Source: Malacoraja senta (lineage: Eukaryota). From it: a stretch of DNA of 64,000 nt. The translations under genes and the position numbers were made by a program. The notes under the pieces are model-generated. The model was not told the origin of the DNA, made no database searches, and worked only from the letters and a program-made list of their open reading frames with translations. The stretch is taken from contig CM075993.1 of the NCBI GenBank assembly GCA_038087875.1, positions 8,184,001 to 8,248,000 of the forward strand, given 5' to 3'. Below, piece by piece: positions 1-13,198 of this stretch (within the stretch, counting starts at the first letter, position 1; each line of letters starts with the position of its first letter).

Positions 1-603
1 TTTGGGGATTTTTCTTTATTATGGAGAGAATTCTTCTGTCATCAGCTATGGAAGTCTTCCTTGGCCTGCCAGTCCCTTTGCGATTAGTAAGCTCACCAGT
101 GCTCTCTTTCTTCTTAATGATGTTCCAAACAGTTGATTTTGGTAAGCCTAAGGTTTGGCTGGTGTCTCTAACAGTTTTATTCTTGTTTCTCAGTCTCATA
201 ATGGCTTCTTTGACTTTCATTGGCACAACTTTGGTCCTCGTGTTGATAAACAGCAATAAAAGTTTCCAAAGGTGATGGAAAGACTGGAGGAAAGACTAGG
301 TGCTGAGAATTCTCTTATACCTGCATTAAGGATACAATTAAACACACCTGAGGAATTGCAAACACCTGTGAAGCCATGTGTCCCAAACATTATGGTGCCC
401 TGAAATGGGGGGACTATGTATAAACACAGCTGTAATTTCTCCATGGTGAAACTAAAATGTATAAAAATACCTTTTTGATAAAATCTGACAATGTGCACTT
501 GAACCACATGTGATTTTTTTTCTATTACAAATCTAAAATTGTGGAGTACAGAGGGAAATAAATAAATTATGGGTCTTTCTCCCAAACATTATGGAGGGCA
601 CTG
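1..603 (-). mobile_element. Tc1/mariner DNA transposon, 5' end (continues beyond the window edge)
   Basis: The terminus reads CAGTGCCCTCCATAATGTTTGGGA on the - strand next to a TA (604-605). An internal copy of TCCCAAACATTATGG near 381 suggests an IR/DR-type end. The - strand frame from 241 to 1 is open: TRTKVVPMKVKEAIMRL...LGLPKSTVWNIIKK...GTGRPRKTS..DDRRI, i.e. the paired-like HTH and GRPR motif of Tc1 transposases. Confidence 0.9.
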
Positions 604-949
604 TAATCCCCTGAATTTGTTAATTTTTAGTTCAGAATTTTAATAACTGTAATAATAACTTCATTACCTTACTGCTAATTGATTAGGATTTAAACTCTGG
701 AGTTTAAAGCATTCTGAACACTTACCACAGATGTAGGATCTTCAGATGAGGCTTTACCTCACCTGTCCCCTTAAATAGATGCAAAAAATCCTATGACATT
801 ATGGGGGGAAAAACAGGGCAATTGGTACCATGCCTCCACAGAAGTGTAATGAATATCATCAAAACCACACATGGCTGATAAGAGCAATTACTAAAAGTAG
901 GAAATTAGTTCTGAAAGTGTTGCATAAGAACAAATCTATGTGTGTACAT

Positions 950-1148
950 GAAAAGACACAAATTGCCGGAGTAACTCAGCAGGTTAGGCAGCATCCCTGG
1001 AGAGAATGGACAGGTGACATTTCGGGTTGGGACCTTTCTCCCGACCTGAGACGTCTCCTACCCATGTTCTCCAGGGTTGCTGCCTGACCTGCTGAATTAG
1101 TCCAGCGCTTCGTGTCTTTTTTTGTAACCCAGCACCTGCAGTTCTTTG
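950..1148. mobile_element. Palindromic Penelope-derived short unit
   Basis: Inverted arms: ...gtaactcagcaggttaggcagc... and ...gctgcctgacctgctgaattag..., same sequence family as the 3' end of the Penelope copies. Confidence 0.75.
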
Positions 1149-1296
1149 TTTCTATACTCTGTACGTAGTTGGATTTTTGAATTTATTAATATGGGCACTG
1201 GGATATTGGAGTTTGCAGGGGTGTCCACAAGTCAGGGGTTGGTAGCCCAGGAATGTCCTGCAGTGACTGCTGTAAAATTAATTTTGAAATCTTTTG

Positions 1297-1382
1297 GTAG
1301 ACAAAAATGCTGGAGAAACTCAGCGGGTGAGGCAGCATCTATGGAGAGAAGGAATAGGCGACGTTTCGGGTCGAGACCCTTC
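1297..1382 (-). mobile_element. Penelope-derived short unit with 14 bp TSD
   Basis: Flanked by tttgaaatcttttg at 1283-1296 and 1383-1396. Confidence 0.8.
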
Positions 1383-1567
1383 TTTGAAATCTTTTGCTCT
1401 GTCTTCATGGCGATCTCTTCCTGCGACAAAGCTTAGCATAGAGTATCTACTGTGATTCCTAGATTATAATGGTGACTGCTCTTCAAAATGTAGCATTCTG
1501 GCCAAAAATGCTTTGAAACATCCTGAGGTAGTGAGAAGTGCATGTCTTCAAGTCTTTTTCTCTGCAG

Positions 1568-1704
1568 ATGCTCCGGATTTATCAAAAGCAAGTGACCCGC
1601 TCAAGAAGTCAAAGCGGAAAGGTCGGAACAAGCAGGAGCCGTTCCCTGTATCTGAGCAGCAGCCTCCAGCTGAAGAGGTTAAAACACCTATAGATTTGGT
1701 GAAG
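1568..1704 (+). CDS. TRIP4: TRIP4/ASC-1 internal coding exon (first in window)
   Basis: ttttttctctgcag acceptor and GTTAGT donor. Encodes DAPDLSKASDPLKKSKRKGRNKQEPFP...EVKTPIDLVK, matching recalled human KKGRNRQE...EVKTPFDLAK. Confidence 0.9.
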
Positions 1705-1877
1705 GTTAGTGTTGGCGGTTTGAAGCCAAAACCCACTCTTACATTTGATAACGGTACCGGGACAACGGCACGGGAGTAAATTATTTTTTATTTACCTTTT
1801 TTTTAAAGACTGGTACAGACACACACTTGAATAGGCAAGGCAAGAAAGAAATGGACCTAATGCCTTGGATCCATGAG

Positions 1878-2200
1878 ACCATAAGACATAGGAGCAGAAT
1901 TACGCCATTCAACCCATTGAGTCTGCTCCACCATTCGATCATGGCTGATCTATTTTTCCCTCTCAACTCCATTCGCCTGCTGTAACCTTTGACACCCTTA
2001 CCAATCAACCTATCAATCTCCACTTTAAACTACCCAACGACTTGGCCTCCACAGCCATCTGTGGCAATGAATTCCACAGATTCGCCACCCTCTGGCTAAA
2101 GAAATTCCTCATTATTTCCATTCTAAAGATATGTCCATTTATTCTGAGGCTGTTCCCTCTGGTCTTAGACTGGAAGCATTCTCTCCACATCCACGCTGTC
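1878..2200 (-). mobile_element. CR1 LINE 3' fragment
   Basis: Translates to TRGNSLRI...FFSQRVANLWNSLPQ and carries a CR1-type 3' tail. Confidence 0.85.
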
Positions 2201-3658
2201 TAGGCCTGAGCGAGCAGCTGAGAGCTGCCAGTCACTCTCAAGCTGCTGGTTGGATTCATGCTCTGACGGAGCGCCTTTTTTCTCAGTTTGTTAAATAACT
2301 CACTATATTTTTTTTGTGACGTTTTAACAAATTTGGCATGATTGGCCTGAAACTGATCTGACTTTATGTGGTACACACCTCTGGAACTGGAGTACACTTG
2401 TTCCTGTGGTTGAGGAATGTGGGTGCATTGTGGCAACAATTTCCACTTAAAAACTGAATTCCGATGATCTATCCATTCAGTCCTCTTTCAGACTTTTGTA
2501 AATAGCCGCAAAATATGGCGAGTCGTGCGTGTATGATCTATGCAAAAACAATTTCACTGCGCCGAGCACACATGACATTAAAGCTCCATTGAACCATTGA
2601 GTTCCCCACAGCTCTCAATTCCGTGATCTTTCAAAAATGTACCTAATTCCTCTTTAAATACCCCCGATTGTCCAACCTCCACAACCTCCCAGGGCATGGA
2701 GTTCCAGAGATTCATCACCCTCTGTAAGAAGCCCTTCCCTTCATCCCCCCCCCCTGCCCACCACCAGCCCCATGCACTTCAGTTTAAATGACTGCCCTTC
2801 TAACCTTGTAACCCCTTGTTTGAGATTTTCCCACCAATGACACCCTCTTGACATCTATGCTGCTGTGCTATCTCAGTACCTTGTATGTATCAATGAAATC
2901 ATCCCTCATATAGACACAAAATGGAGTAACTCAGTTAATCGGGCAGCATCTCCACCCTTCCTGAGGTCAGCTGATACCGGCCATGATTTGTAATGGCCTT
3001 CCTTCTCCTCCAGTTCCTTCCCCTCCCCCCACCCCCCCACCCGCTCCACCTCTATCTTTCAGTCTGAAGAAGGGTTCCGACCCAAAACGTCACCTATTCC
3101 TTTTTGCCAGAGATGCTGCCTGATCCGCTGAGTTACTCAGGCATTTAGTGTCTATCTTCAGCACAAACCAGCATCTGCAGTTGCTTTCTACACAAATCGT
3201 CCATTATTCTCCACATCTCCAAAAAATACAAATTTAATTTTCTTTAGCCACTTGTGATAGGATAACCTACCCCTCCCATTTCTCCTTCACTTTTATTGAT
3301 CGTGCTAATAAATCCAAGGATATTTGGAACTCGTTGCCAGAGGAGGCGGTGGAATCGGATACAATCATTCTATATAAGGGATATTTAGGTATGCCCTTGA
3401 ATAGGCAAGGCAAGAATAGTACAGACACACTCTTGAATAGGCAAGGCAAGAAGGAAACAGACCTAATGCAGGCAAATGGTATTAGTGTCAATGGGCATAA
3501 AGGTTGTTACGATGAGGTGGGTCAAAGGGCCCATTACTCTGCTGTATGACTCTACCATTCCACAGTGATACTGACAGTCTATGCTTTTATCACCTCCTTG
3601 GTGTTTGTGGGAGCTGCCAGGTTTCTCAGATTAAACCTTTTGCTTCTGTTTATACCAG

Positions 3659-3871
3659 GTGCAGGAGGCGAGTTCTTCTTCCAAGAAGAAGACAAAATAC
3701 CTGTCCCTGTACACTCAAGAGGGCGAGGACAGGCTGACGGTCATCCTCCCGGGCCGCCATCCCTGCGACTGCTTGGGACAGACGCACAACCTCATCAACA
3801 ACTGCCTGGGCTGCGGCCGCATTGTCTGTGTGCAGGAAGGATCGGGACCCTGCATGTTCTGTGGCATGCTG
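3659..3871 (+). CDS. TRIP4: TRIP4 exon encoding the C2HC5 zinc finger
   Basis: ccag acceptor, GTGAGT donor, 213 nt, phase 0-0. Encodes KKKTKYLSLYTQEGEDRLTVILPGRHPCDCLGQTHNLINNCLGCGRIVCVQEGSGPCMFCGML. Confidence 0.97.
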
Positions 3872-3969
3872 GTGAGTGCACAGCATTCCTGCCTGAAGGA
3901 CCACTTGCACTGAGGCCCAATGACTGTGCTGTGATGTAGAACTGCTTACTGCTTAGATTACTGCTAAGG

Positions 3970-4235
3970 GATACAGAGTGGAAACGGGCCCTTTGGCCCA
4001 CATAGTCTGCTCCGACCAGCGATCACCCATACACTATCCTACACACTAGGGACAATTTACAGAAGCCAATTAACCTACAAACCTGCACGTCTTTGGGATG
4101 TGGGAGGAAACTGGAGCACCCGGAGAAAACCCACACGATTACAGGGTGAGCGTACAAACTGTACATACAGCACCCGTAGTCAGGATCGAACCCGAGTCTC
4201 TGGCGCTGTAGGGCAGCAACCCCTGCTGTGCCACC
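3970..4235 (-). mobile_element. V-SINE (HE1-like, tRNA-derived)
   Basis: tRNA-like head (GGTTCGATCC B-box), V-domain GGGTTTTCTCCGGGTGCTCCAGTTTCCTCCCACA and CR1-like tail. Confidence 0.85.
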
Positions 4236-4767
4236 ATGGTTGTAGGGTTGTGCCCCAACAACCCTATCTGGTATAAACAAGTATCCTGAATTCTGTTTTC
4301 AAAGGGAAAATATTCCAAGGACGTACAGATTTGTAGGTTAATTGTCTTTGGTAAAATTGTAAAATTGTCTCTAGTGTGTAGGATAGTGCGAGTGTGATGT
4401 AGGCCCACCTAATGTACGGGGTTTAATGTCAATGTTCTTCTCCTAATCAGCTGTCCCTCGCAATTACTCCTAAAATAGACCATTCCTGCACTGCAGCATT
4501 TCAATCTTCATTGTCATGGTCAGGCATATTTTGTTGTATTTGTTTTTCAAATTGCTTCTTTATATATCTGGGGTAAGGGGACAATAATTGAAATTGCACT
4601 TTTGAGTTGTTAATTCAGGGAAGTCTGGGATACTTGGAGATTTGGAAGCTTGATTCTTACGTGGCACAGAGAGGCTTGATGAAAAGGGAAATCTTCTCCT
4701 AACTTTTTAATGTAAAGAGGAGCATCTGAAAGAATATTTTCTTACAAAACTGAATTATCTCTTGTAG

Positions 4768-4852
4768 GTTTGCACGAAAGAGGAGCAAGAGATCCTTGTC
4801 CGCGACTCGAACAAGAGTCAGAAGTTGCGCAAGAAACTCATGTGGACTGCTG
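4768..4852 (+). CDS. TRIP4: TRIP4 exon
   Basis: cttgtag acceptor, GTTAGT donor. Encodes VCTKEEQEILVRDSNKSQKLRKKLMWTA; not in the ORF track in this frame. Confidence 0.93.
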
Positions 4853-5635
4853 GTTAGTGACTCACTGCATATCTCATGAACTGAAATCACTGTTCTCTGC
4901 TGGATCTGTGAAAGGTAGCATGCAATGGAAGCGCAGTCTAGATGGCACTGAGCTCAGTTTCTGATCATTGGGCCGCCTTCGTCAAGGATCAGACTGGGTA
5001 CAATCCTGGGCTCCTGTGTTGGAAGGTAACATCACAATGAACTCGCACGACAGGAAAGACCATTTGAGCTGATAGTTCATTGCTGGTGTTCTTGCTCCAC
5101 ACACACCTTCCCCCAACGCCTCCTCATCTAAGTTGATTCAGCTTTCAACCCTTTCACTTTCTGCGTGTTTACCCAACTTCCCTTAAATATGTTTGTGCAA
5201 ACACTGCGGGATATTCCACGCTTTAATCACTTTCTGGCACAGAATTTACTCCTGGATTCCCAATTGAAAGATTTACTGACTGTCTAATATTTATAGCTAT
5301 TGGCTGGATAAACCTGCAAGAATCTACCCTTGTAACTTATTAAATATACATCGGGCCCCCAAGGTTTTATCTTTACCGGTTATCACCTATCTCTCCTGGA
5401 AAGCAGGAGCTCGTGAGCATCAGGAGAGATGGGCTTGGCTTGGGTCTGAAGCTGTTCACTTCTTCCTTTGTCAAGGAACCGACTGGGTTCTACCCCGGCC
5501 CCCTGTTATGGAAGGGAATGAACTTGCAGCACAGCAAAATTTCCGACTTGGGAAAGGACAGAGCCCCTGGAATATTATCCCTTTCAAATGTTCATACAAC
5601 AATCTTCATTGATTCCTGGAGCAATCGAACCAAGC

Positions 5636-5985
5636 TTGGATAGAGTGGATGTGGAGAGCTTGTTTCCACTAGTGGGAGAGACTCAGAATTAAAGGACGTT
5701 CTTTTAGGAAGGAGGTGATGAGAAATTTATTTAGCTACAGGGTGGTGAATCTGAGGAATTCGTTGCCACAGAAAGCTGTGGAGGCCACTTCAGTGGATAT
5801 TTTTAAGGTAGAGATAGAAAGATTCTTGATTAGTACAATCTAATTACCGTAGGTGTGAGAGGGTATGGGGAGAAGACAGGAGAATGGGGTTAGGAGGGAG
5901 AGATAGATCAGCCATGATTGAATGGCAGGGTAGAATTGATGGGCTGAATGGTCCAATTCTACTCCTTTCCCTTATGACCTTATGA
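5636..5985 (+). mobile_element. CR1 LINE 3' fragment
   Basis: Degenerate RVVNL-NSLPQ region and 3' UTR. Confidence 0.8.
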
Positions 5986-8584
5986 CCATTCCCCTTTCCC
6001 ACTTATTTCCATGTAGCTTATTGTCTCATGCAGATCAACATCTCCCGGTCAATTATCTTGCCAACCATTCAGCCAATCAACTCGATGGGCTGAATGGCCT
6101 AATTCTGCTCCTTTGTCTGATAATCTTAACTCCCAAGCAAGGCTTTGGAAAGTGGGAGGAAACTGTAACACCTGGAGAAATTCCACACACTGGGCAATGT
6201 GCAATCTCGGACAGTACTGGAGAACACTGCAGAATTGAACCCATGACGCTGGATCTGTGTGGCAGCTGCACTACCTACTCTGTCATTGTGCCTCCCTTTA
6301 CTCTAAGTGCTCTAATTAAACAATGCTATGTCAGGATTAAAGTTCCAGGATCAAAGTTCAAACTGATATAATAAAATGCCAACTAAAACCGTAAAGGTTG
6401 ACCTTAATCACCAAAAACAGTCAAGTGATGGGGTGGTTCCTGCATTTTACAGCTCAGATTCTGCTTCCACATTGTTCTGTGTTTTCTCTGGGAATGGAGC
6501 ATATTCTTCTTCAAACTCTCTTCCGTATCATTGTAATCTTAATCCCTACAATTCCCTGAGATTGCTCACAATCTGGCCTCTTCATTGTTCTACCACTTGG
6601 AACTGCATCTTCTGCAGTCTATACCCAACATCTGCAAATAATATTTGATCAATCTGAAGAAGGGTCTCGAACCGACTGAAGAAGGATCTCGAACTGAAAC
6701 GTCACCCATTCCTTCTCTCCAGAGATGCTTCCTGTCCCGCTGAGTTAGTCCAGCATTTTGTGTCCATCTTCCATTTAAACCAGCATCTGCAGTTCTTTCC
6801 TACACAATAATATTCTCAACCTCTCTTACTCCCCTCGCGATACTCCTTAAAACCTATCTCTGGACCGAGTATTGCCTTACACAGCCGGGTGTGAAATTTT
6901 GTTTGCTAACAATTCTGTGAAGCACCGGGGGATCTTGTGTGATGTGAGATACATGACGTAAACAACAGCTGTTATTGTATGTGTTTGGTTTGAAATAGTA
7001 CCCTGCCATCTGTAATGTTTGCCCAAGAGGAAAATGCTTAGTTTGACATTGCATCTGCAAGTCAGCAGCTGCAAAAATGCAGTGCTGTCCCAATACAACG
7101 TCTCAATATCTATTATGCATCCCGATCTTGGGAGTGGGTCCTTGAACCCATGATCTCCAGACTCTAGAAGAACATCATCAACTGAGTTGTGACTGACTTG
7201 TGTTTTCTGACTTTGAACAATAAATCTATAGTATATAATATCATACACCCTGATATTGCGACACGAATGAGTCTGAGGAAGGGTCTCAACCTGAAACGTC
7301 ACCCAGTCCTTCTATCCAGAGATGCTGCCTGTCCTGCTGAGTTACTCCAGCATTTTGTGTCCATTGCAACATGGATGTTCCTTAACTGCATAAATCTTTA
7401 TCTCACTTGTTGAGTAAAGGTCAAAGCCAGCAATTGATTCCAAATACATGTACTGATCTTTGTGACACAGTAGTCCCTCTTGCCTACTTCAATTTCTATT
7501 GCACCACAAATATTGTCCCTTCAACTATTTATCTAAATCCTGTGAAACCTATTGCTAAATCACTTCAGGGAAGATTGGTCCTTTTACCGATAATCTTAAA
7601 TCAATAGGATGTCACAGTGGTGCAGCTGGTTGAGCTGAGGCTTCAAAGTGCCAGAGACCTGGGTCCAATCCTGGCTCTGGGTGGTGTTTGCATTTTCTTT
7701 CTGTGACCACATGGGCTTTCTCCAGGTGCTCCGGTTTCCTTACACATCCCAAAGATGTGTGGGTTTGTGGGTTCATTGGCTTTGTAAATTGCCTCTGTAG
7801 ATTCCACTTGGGTAGCTTACAACTCAACGGTTTAAGCATTTAAATTCTCCAATTGTAGATAACCGCCCCACTCAGATGTGCACCCATTTCTCACACGATC
7901 CTGGCCCCTCTCTCCCTCTGTTTCTTTCCATCTGTATACCTTCCTCTGCCTTCACATTTCACTCCTCTTCTCTCCTTATCTTATAGCCTTTTGTCTTTTT
8001 TATCTCTGGCCTTTGTTGACCCAGCTCCTGATCAAACCCCCTTTTACCTGCATCTACTTCTCACTTGCCAGGCCTTGCCCCATTCCACATCTTTTCACAG
8101 CTTTCTCCTCCCTAATGCAATCAATATGAGGAAGGGACCAGACCTGAAATGTCCCCTATCCGAGGCTTCCAGAGATGCTGCCTGACCTGCTGTGTTACTC
8201 CAGCACTTCTTGTCGTTTTCTGCAAATTACCCCTAGTGTGTTGGGAGAGGATGAGAAAGTGGGATGACAGAACCAGTATGAACCGATGGATGGTACAGTC
8301 TTGGTGGGCCCAAGGCCCTGTTTCTACGCTGTATCTTTCAATCAATCATTTTTGCCTTTATGGAGAGTTTTGCCAATTATTCCCCTTTATGATCTTGATC
8401 TTGTTTGTTGCAAATGCAGGTTCATTCTGTGCAGGGAATACAGCTTGTATGGTGCTGCTGTGGAGTCAGTAGGTGCCAATTACTCATTGCAGTAATGAGC
8501 TGTGTGATGTGGATTAATTCCTTAGTGTCTTTTTCCTGGTAAAGCGCTGAATTACTGCATCATGACTTGGGCATAATCTAAGTA

Positions 8585-8965
8585 CATGCGCACCTCCAGA
8601 TTCTAGGACAGTTTCTTCCCAGCTGTTATCAGGCAACAGAACCCTCCACTCACCAACTAGAGAGCGGTCATCAACTTCCATCTACCTCATAGGAAACGTT
8701 CAAACTGTCTTTAATTAGAGAGGCACAAAAAGTTGGAGTACCTCAGCGGGACAGGCAGCATCTCTGGAGAGAAGGAATGGGTGACGTTTCGAGACTTTAA
8801 TTAGAAATGATTGGACTTTATCTTGCACTAGATGTTATATCCTTTATCCTGTAAAGGACGGCTTGATTGTAATCATGTATAGTCGTTTCCCTGATTGGAC
8901 AACACGCAACAAAAAGCTTTTCATTGTATCTCGGTACACGTGACAATAATAAACGTAACTAAAAG
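8585..8965 (+). mobile_element. Rex1/Babar-like LINE 3' tail, interrupted by a Penelope unit (8720-8794)
   Basis: Remnant of RF-DSFFPAVIR and a tail ending gtgacaataa. The nested unit is flanked by ctttaattaga (8709-8719 and 8795-8805). Confidence 0.6.
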
Positions 8966-10070
8966 TAAATTAAACTTCCCCAGCTGTGGAGTTGTTTGCA
9001 GTTTCATTATATGTTGTCAATTAGGTATTTGTAACTACTTCCCATGCATCAATAATGTCACTTCCATCATGTTTTTCAATTTTTAAGTCATACTCAAAAT
9101 TTTACTGTGAAATTATTGATTGTTCAGTGATGGAAAGCACTTGTTGACAGAAGAAGGAGAAGCAGTCAGCCTGAGCCGTAGTGTTGTGCAACAAAGAAAC
9201 AGGACCTTCGGCCAAACTTGTCCATGCTGACCAAGTTGCCGCCTAATCTGTGTTAGGACTCTCAATGCTGGGGATTTACTGCAATGCTGAGTGAAAGGTG
9301 CTTTGTGGGCGAACAGTCTTTTAGATTGGATTTTACGTTTAAACTTTCACTCCACCTGTCAATGCCCAGCCTCTGTTGCCATCTCCACCTTTCCCTCTCC
9401 CACCTGGTTCCATCTACCGTTCAACCCGTCCTCACTAAATCACATGATCTGGTTAGTGCTTCCTGGCCAGATCACCACCCCTCAGCCAACATCATTAAAA
9501 CTGATGACACAAGGAACTGGAGATGCTGAAATCTTGAGCAAAACACAATGTTTTGGAGGAACTCAACAGGTCAGGCAGTGTCTGAAGAAGGAATGGAGGT
9601 GATGTTTTGGGTCGGAACCCTTCTTCAGACTGGAGAAGGGTCCGGACCCAAAACTTTGTCTGTCCTTCCCGTCCCCAGATGTTGCCTGACCCACTGAGTT
9701 CCTCCGCACTTCCTGTTTCTCTAAAACTGGTTATCTGCTTATAATTCCATTGTAGTTTGGGGAAGCCTACGTGCAAATGTTTTCTACGTTGCACTCCGAA
9801 CTCCACCTCCAACAATATTTGTTGTCTGTGAATTGGTTGGCAGGATCTGAACCTGTGAATTAAGTTGAACAGCACCTTTATTAGAAACAGTAAATCCCAG
9901 CCAGAATAAGGATAGGGCTCTCCTAGGCCTTGCGTTCCACCTCCCAGTTTGCACGATCAATGGATCATCCGACATAATTACCACAACCTTCAGTGGGATT
10001 CCACCGCCACAAAAAAATCTTCAGAGTCTTTTTGCTCAAATCTTTTAGCAGCTACTTCAGCAGATACTAA

Positions 10071-10290
10071 GTGTTAAAGAAGGAACTGCAGATGCTGGAA
10101 AATCGAAGGTACACAAAAATGCTGGAGAAACTCAGCGGGTGCAGCAGCATCTATGGAGCGAAGGAAATAGGCAACGTTTCGAGCTGAAACCCTTCTTCAG
10201 ACAGAAGGGTTTCGGCCCGAAACGTTGCCTATTTCCTTCGCTCCATTGATGCTGCTGCACCTGCTGAGTTTCTCCAGCATTTTTGTGTAC
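10071..10290. mobile_element. Palindromic Penelope-derived unit with 16 bp flanking direct repeat
   Basis: cttcagcagatactaa at 10055-10070 and 10291-10306; inverted arms of about 90 bp centred near 10200. Confidence 0.85.
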
Positions 10291-10499
10291 CTTCAGCAGA
10301 TACTAAAATGTCTCGTGAAAAACATACTAGCTGAGCAATCTGGCAAAGACTTTTTGGTTAAGACTCCTTGCTCAATCACCAAATACAGGACTCTTCCACC
10401 TGTATACAGTGATGGCATTGACTCATTTTTAAAACCTGTTTCACTGTGGATATGTTATGAAGGAGAAACTTGTAACATGTTGTGTTTTTGTGCGTGCAG

Positions 10500-10623
10500 A
10501 TGCGTCGGGGCATCCTGATGTCTCTGAGAGGGACCTGCTGCCCCACCAGGAAGTGGTTCTGAAGGCTGGTCTGGAGAAGGCCATTAAACATAAAGACAAA
10601 CTATTGGAATATGACAAAACCAG
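10500..10623 (+). CDS. TRIP4: TRIP4 exon
   Basis: gtgcag acceptor, GTAAGA donor, phase 1-2. Encodes ASGHPDVSERDLLPHQEVVLKAGLEKAIKHKDKLLEYDKT. Confidence 0.95.
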
Positions 10624-11084
10624 GTAAGAGGGAGAGCATGAGACAATCACTGAGTAAAAATCAAAAACCACGTTTAAACACCTTTAAATATTGGAACTAA
10701 TTGCACAATGTTACATTCTGATTGTGACTAGAAAGATACCTGGAGGATCATAAAAACAATCAGGCTAAAACTCTTGTTAGTTAAGCAGATGCAGTGGTTC
10801 GGCATCTGGAGTATGTGGTCAGTTCAGGTCACCACATCATATTTGGATATACTAACCTTTGAAGATGTGTGGCACAGGTTCATTAGAATCATACCAGGGC
10901 TCAAAGGGCTATGAGGCTATGACGCAGGTTACAGAAGCTCATCTTGTGCTGCTTTCAAGCTAGAAAAATAATGGTATTAGAAATATCGAAAGGATTTGAT
11001 GACTATACAAAGAGAGAAAGCATTTCTGTACAATACTTAAAAATAAGACAACGTCCTTGAAATTGGATGTTTTGATATATAGAT

Positions 11085-11510
11085 ACATAAGATTGAAAAG
11101 ACTAGGCTTGTATTCACTGGAGTTTAGAAGGATGAGGGGGGGTCTTATAGAAACTTATAAAAGGACTGGACAAGCTAGATGTAGGAAAAATGTTCCCAAT
11201 GTTGGGCGAGTCCAGAACCAGGGGCCACAGTCTTAGAATAAAGGGGAAGCCATTTAAGACTGAGGTGAGAAAAAACGTTTTCACCCAGAGAGTTGTGAAT
11301 TTGTGGAATTCCCTGCCACAGAGGGCAGTGGAGGCCAAGTCACTGGATGGATTTAAGAGAGAGTTAGATAGAGCTCTAGGGGCTAGTGGTATCAAGGGAT
11401 ATGGGGAGAAGGCAGGTGCGGGTTATTGATAGGGGACGATCACAATGAGTGGCGGTGCTGGCTCGAAGGGCCGAATGGCCTCCTCCTGCACCTATTTTCT
11501 ATGTTTCTAT
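11085..11510 (+). mobile_element. CR1 LINE 3' fragment
   Basis: MFPMLGESRTRGHSLRIKG...TQRVVNLWNSLPQ plus 3' tail. Confidence 0.9.
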
Positions 11511-12619
11511 ATATAACAAACAAACAACAATAATACAAAGGCAAAAACTCTGCCCCCAAGTCTATGTAGTTCGGAGCTTATTTGGAGGTTGTCATGCTTA
11601 ATAGCTAGATGGTTGTTGGGAAGAAGCTACTCCTGAACCTGGACATTACTATTTTCAGGCTCGTATACCAGTCAATATGCCCTCTACTGTACACCTGTGG
11701 AAGTTCAGGAGAGTATTTGTTGACATCCCAAATCTTCTAAGGAAGCATTTCTTCATAGGAAGGGTAGCGATGAAAGCTCTTTGGCTGAGATTGATCGACA
11801 ACTCACAAGCAAATCTTTATGATGCAAATGTATTGAGCAATATGGAACCAGGTTGAGAACTGAGATATTAAATCAGCATAATGTAATTAAATAATGAAAC
11901 AGTTTTGTCTGGTGAAGACGCTAATCCTGTTCTATGTTCAACATTTGGAGGTGAATTTTAATTCAGGTAACAAGCCTTTACCGAGGATAACTAGAATGAA
12001 TTCGGCATGGTTGTTTGGAATTGCAGTATTTGAACATTATGCATTTTCCACGCTGTGACTCTTAAGTTGTTAGTCCATAAATTATATTTGTGTGCCTGTC
12101 TCCTGAGACTCCTACACCCTCTTGTAGTGAGGGAGCAGAGTAGTTTCTTTTGTTTGTAAGCAAGTCATTTCCATGTGGGGTTTTTTGTGTAGGGAGTGCA
12201 CATTTTCCATTCCTGCTGTAATTTTAAAACAAAATTTACCAGAAAATCCAGGAAGCACTCAGCAGGCCTGGCAGCCTCCCCAGGGAGAGTGAAAGGGTTA
12301 ATGTTCTGAGTCAAGGACTCTTCATCACAATGTAAAAGTCAATATGCAAGTATGTTTAAAATAAAGAGAGGGAAGGGTAGAGAGAGTGGAAGGAATGACT
12401 GTGATAGAGTGCAGATCAATGTTGACATGGTAATCTGAGTTTCAAAGAGGAGGAAAAGAAAGAAATTGAAAACGTACAACCACACGTGTGGGGAGAGGGA
12501 AAAGGTAGTTATTAGATATTGTTAAATACAATATGAAGTCCTGAGGGTGGTGACATGACCATGCCTGTATGGAATGTGATCTGCTGTTCTTTAAGCGAGC
12601 TTTGGGCATCATAGAAGTT

Positions 12620-13198
12620 GGGAGGTCATGTTGCAGTTATATAAGATGTTGGTGAGGCCACGTTTAGAGTATTGTGTTCGGCTCTGGGCACCATGCTGTT
12701 GGGAAAATATCAAGCTGGAAAGGGTGCAGAGAAGATTTACGAGGATGTTGCCAGGACTCAACGGATTGAGCTATAGTGAGAGGTTAAGCAGGCTAGGATT
12801 CTAATCCTTGGAGCGCAGGAAGATGAGGGGTGATTTTATCGAGGTATACAAAGTCATGAGAGAAATAGATCGACAGACGCATAGAGTCTCTTGCCCAGAG
12901 TAGGGGAATCAAGAATCTGAGGATATAGGTTTAAGATGACGTGGAAAAGATTTAATGGGAACCTGAGGGGTGACTTTTTCACCCAGAGGGTGGTGGGTGT
13001 ATGGAATGCGCTGCTGGAGGAGGTAGTTGAGGCAGGTAGTATTGCAACGTTTAAGAAACATTTGGACATGTACATGGATAGATTGAGGGATATGCGCCAA
13101 ATGTGGGCAGGTGGGACTAGTGTAGTTGGGACATGTCGGTCAGTGTGGGCAAGTTGGGCCGCAGGCCCTGTTTCCACACTGCATGACTCTGTGACTCT
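12620..13198 (+). mobile_element. CR1 LINE 3' fragment (second subfamily)
   Basis: LVRPRLEYCV...FFTQRVVGVWNAL; tail ends gactctgtgactct. Confidence 0.85.
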
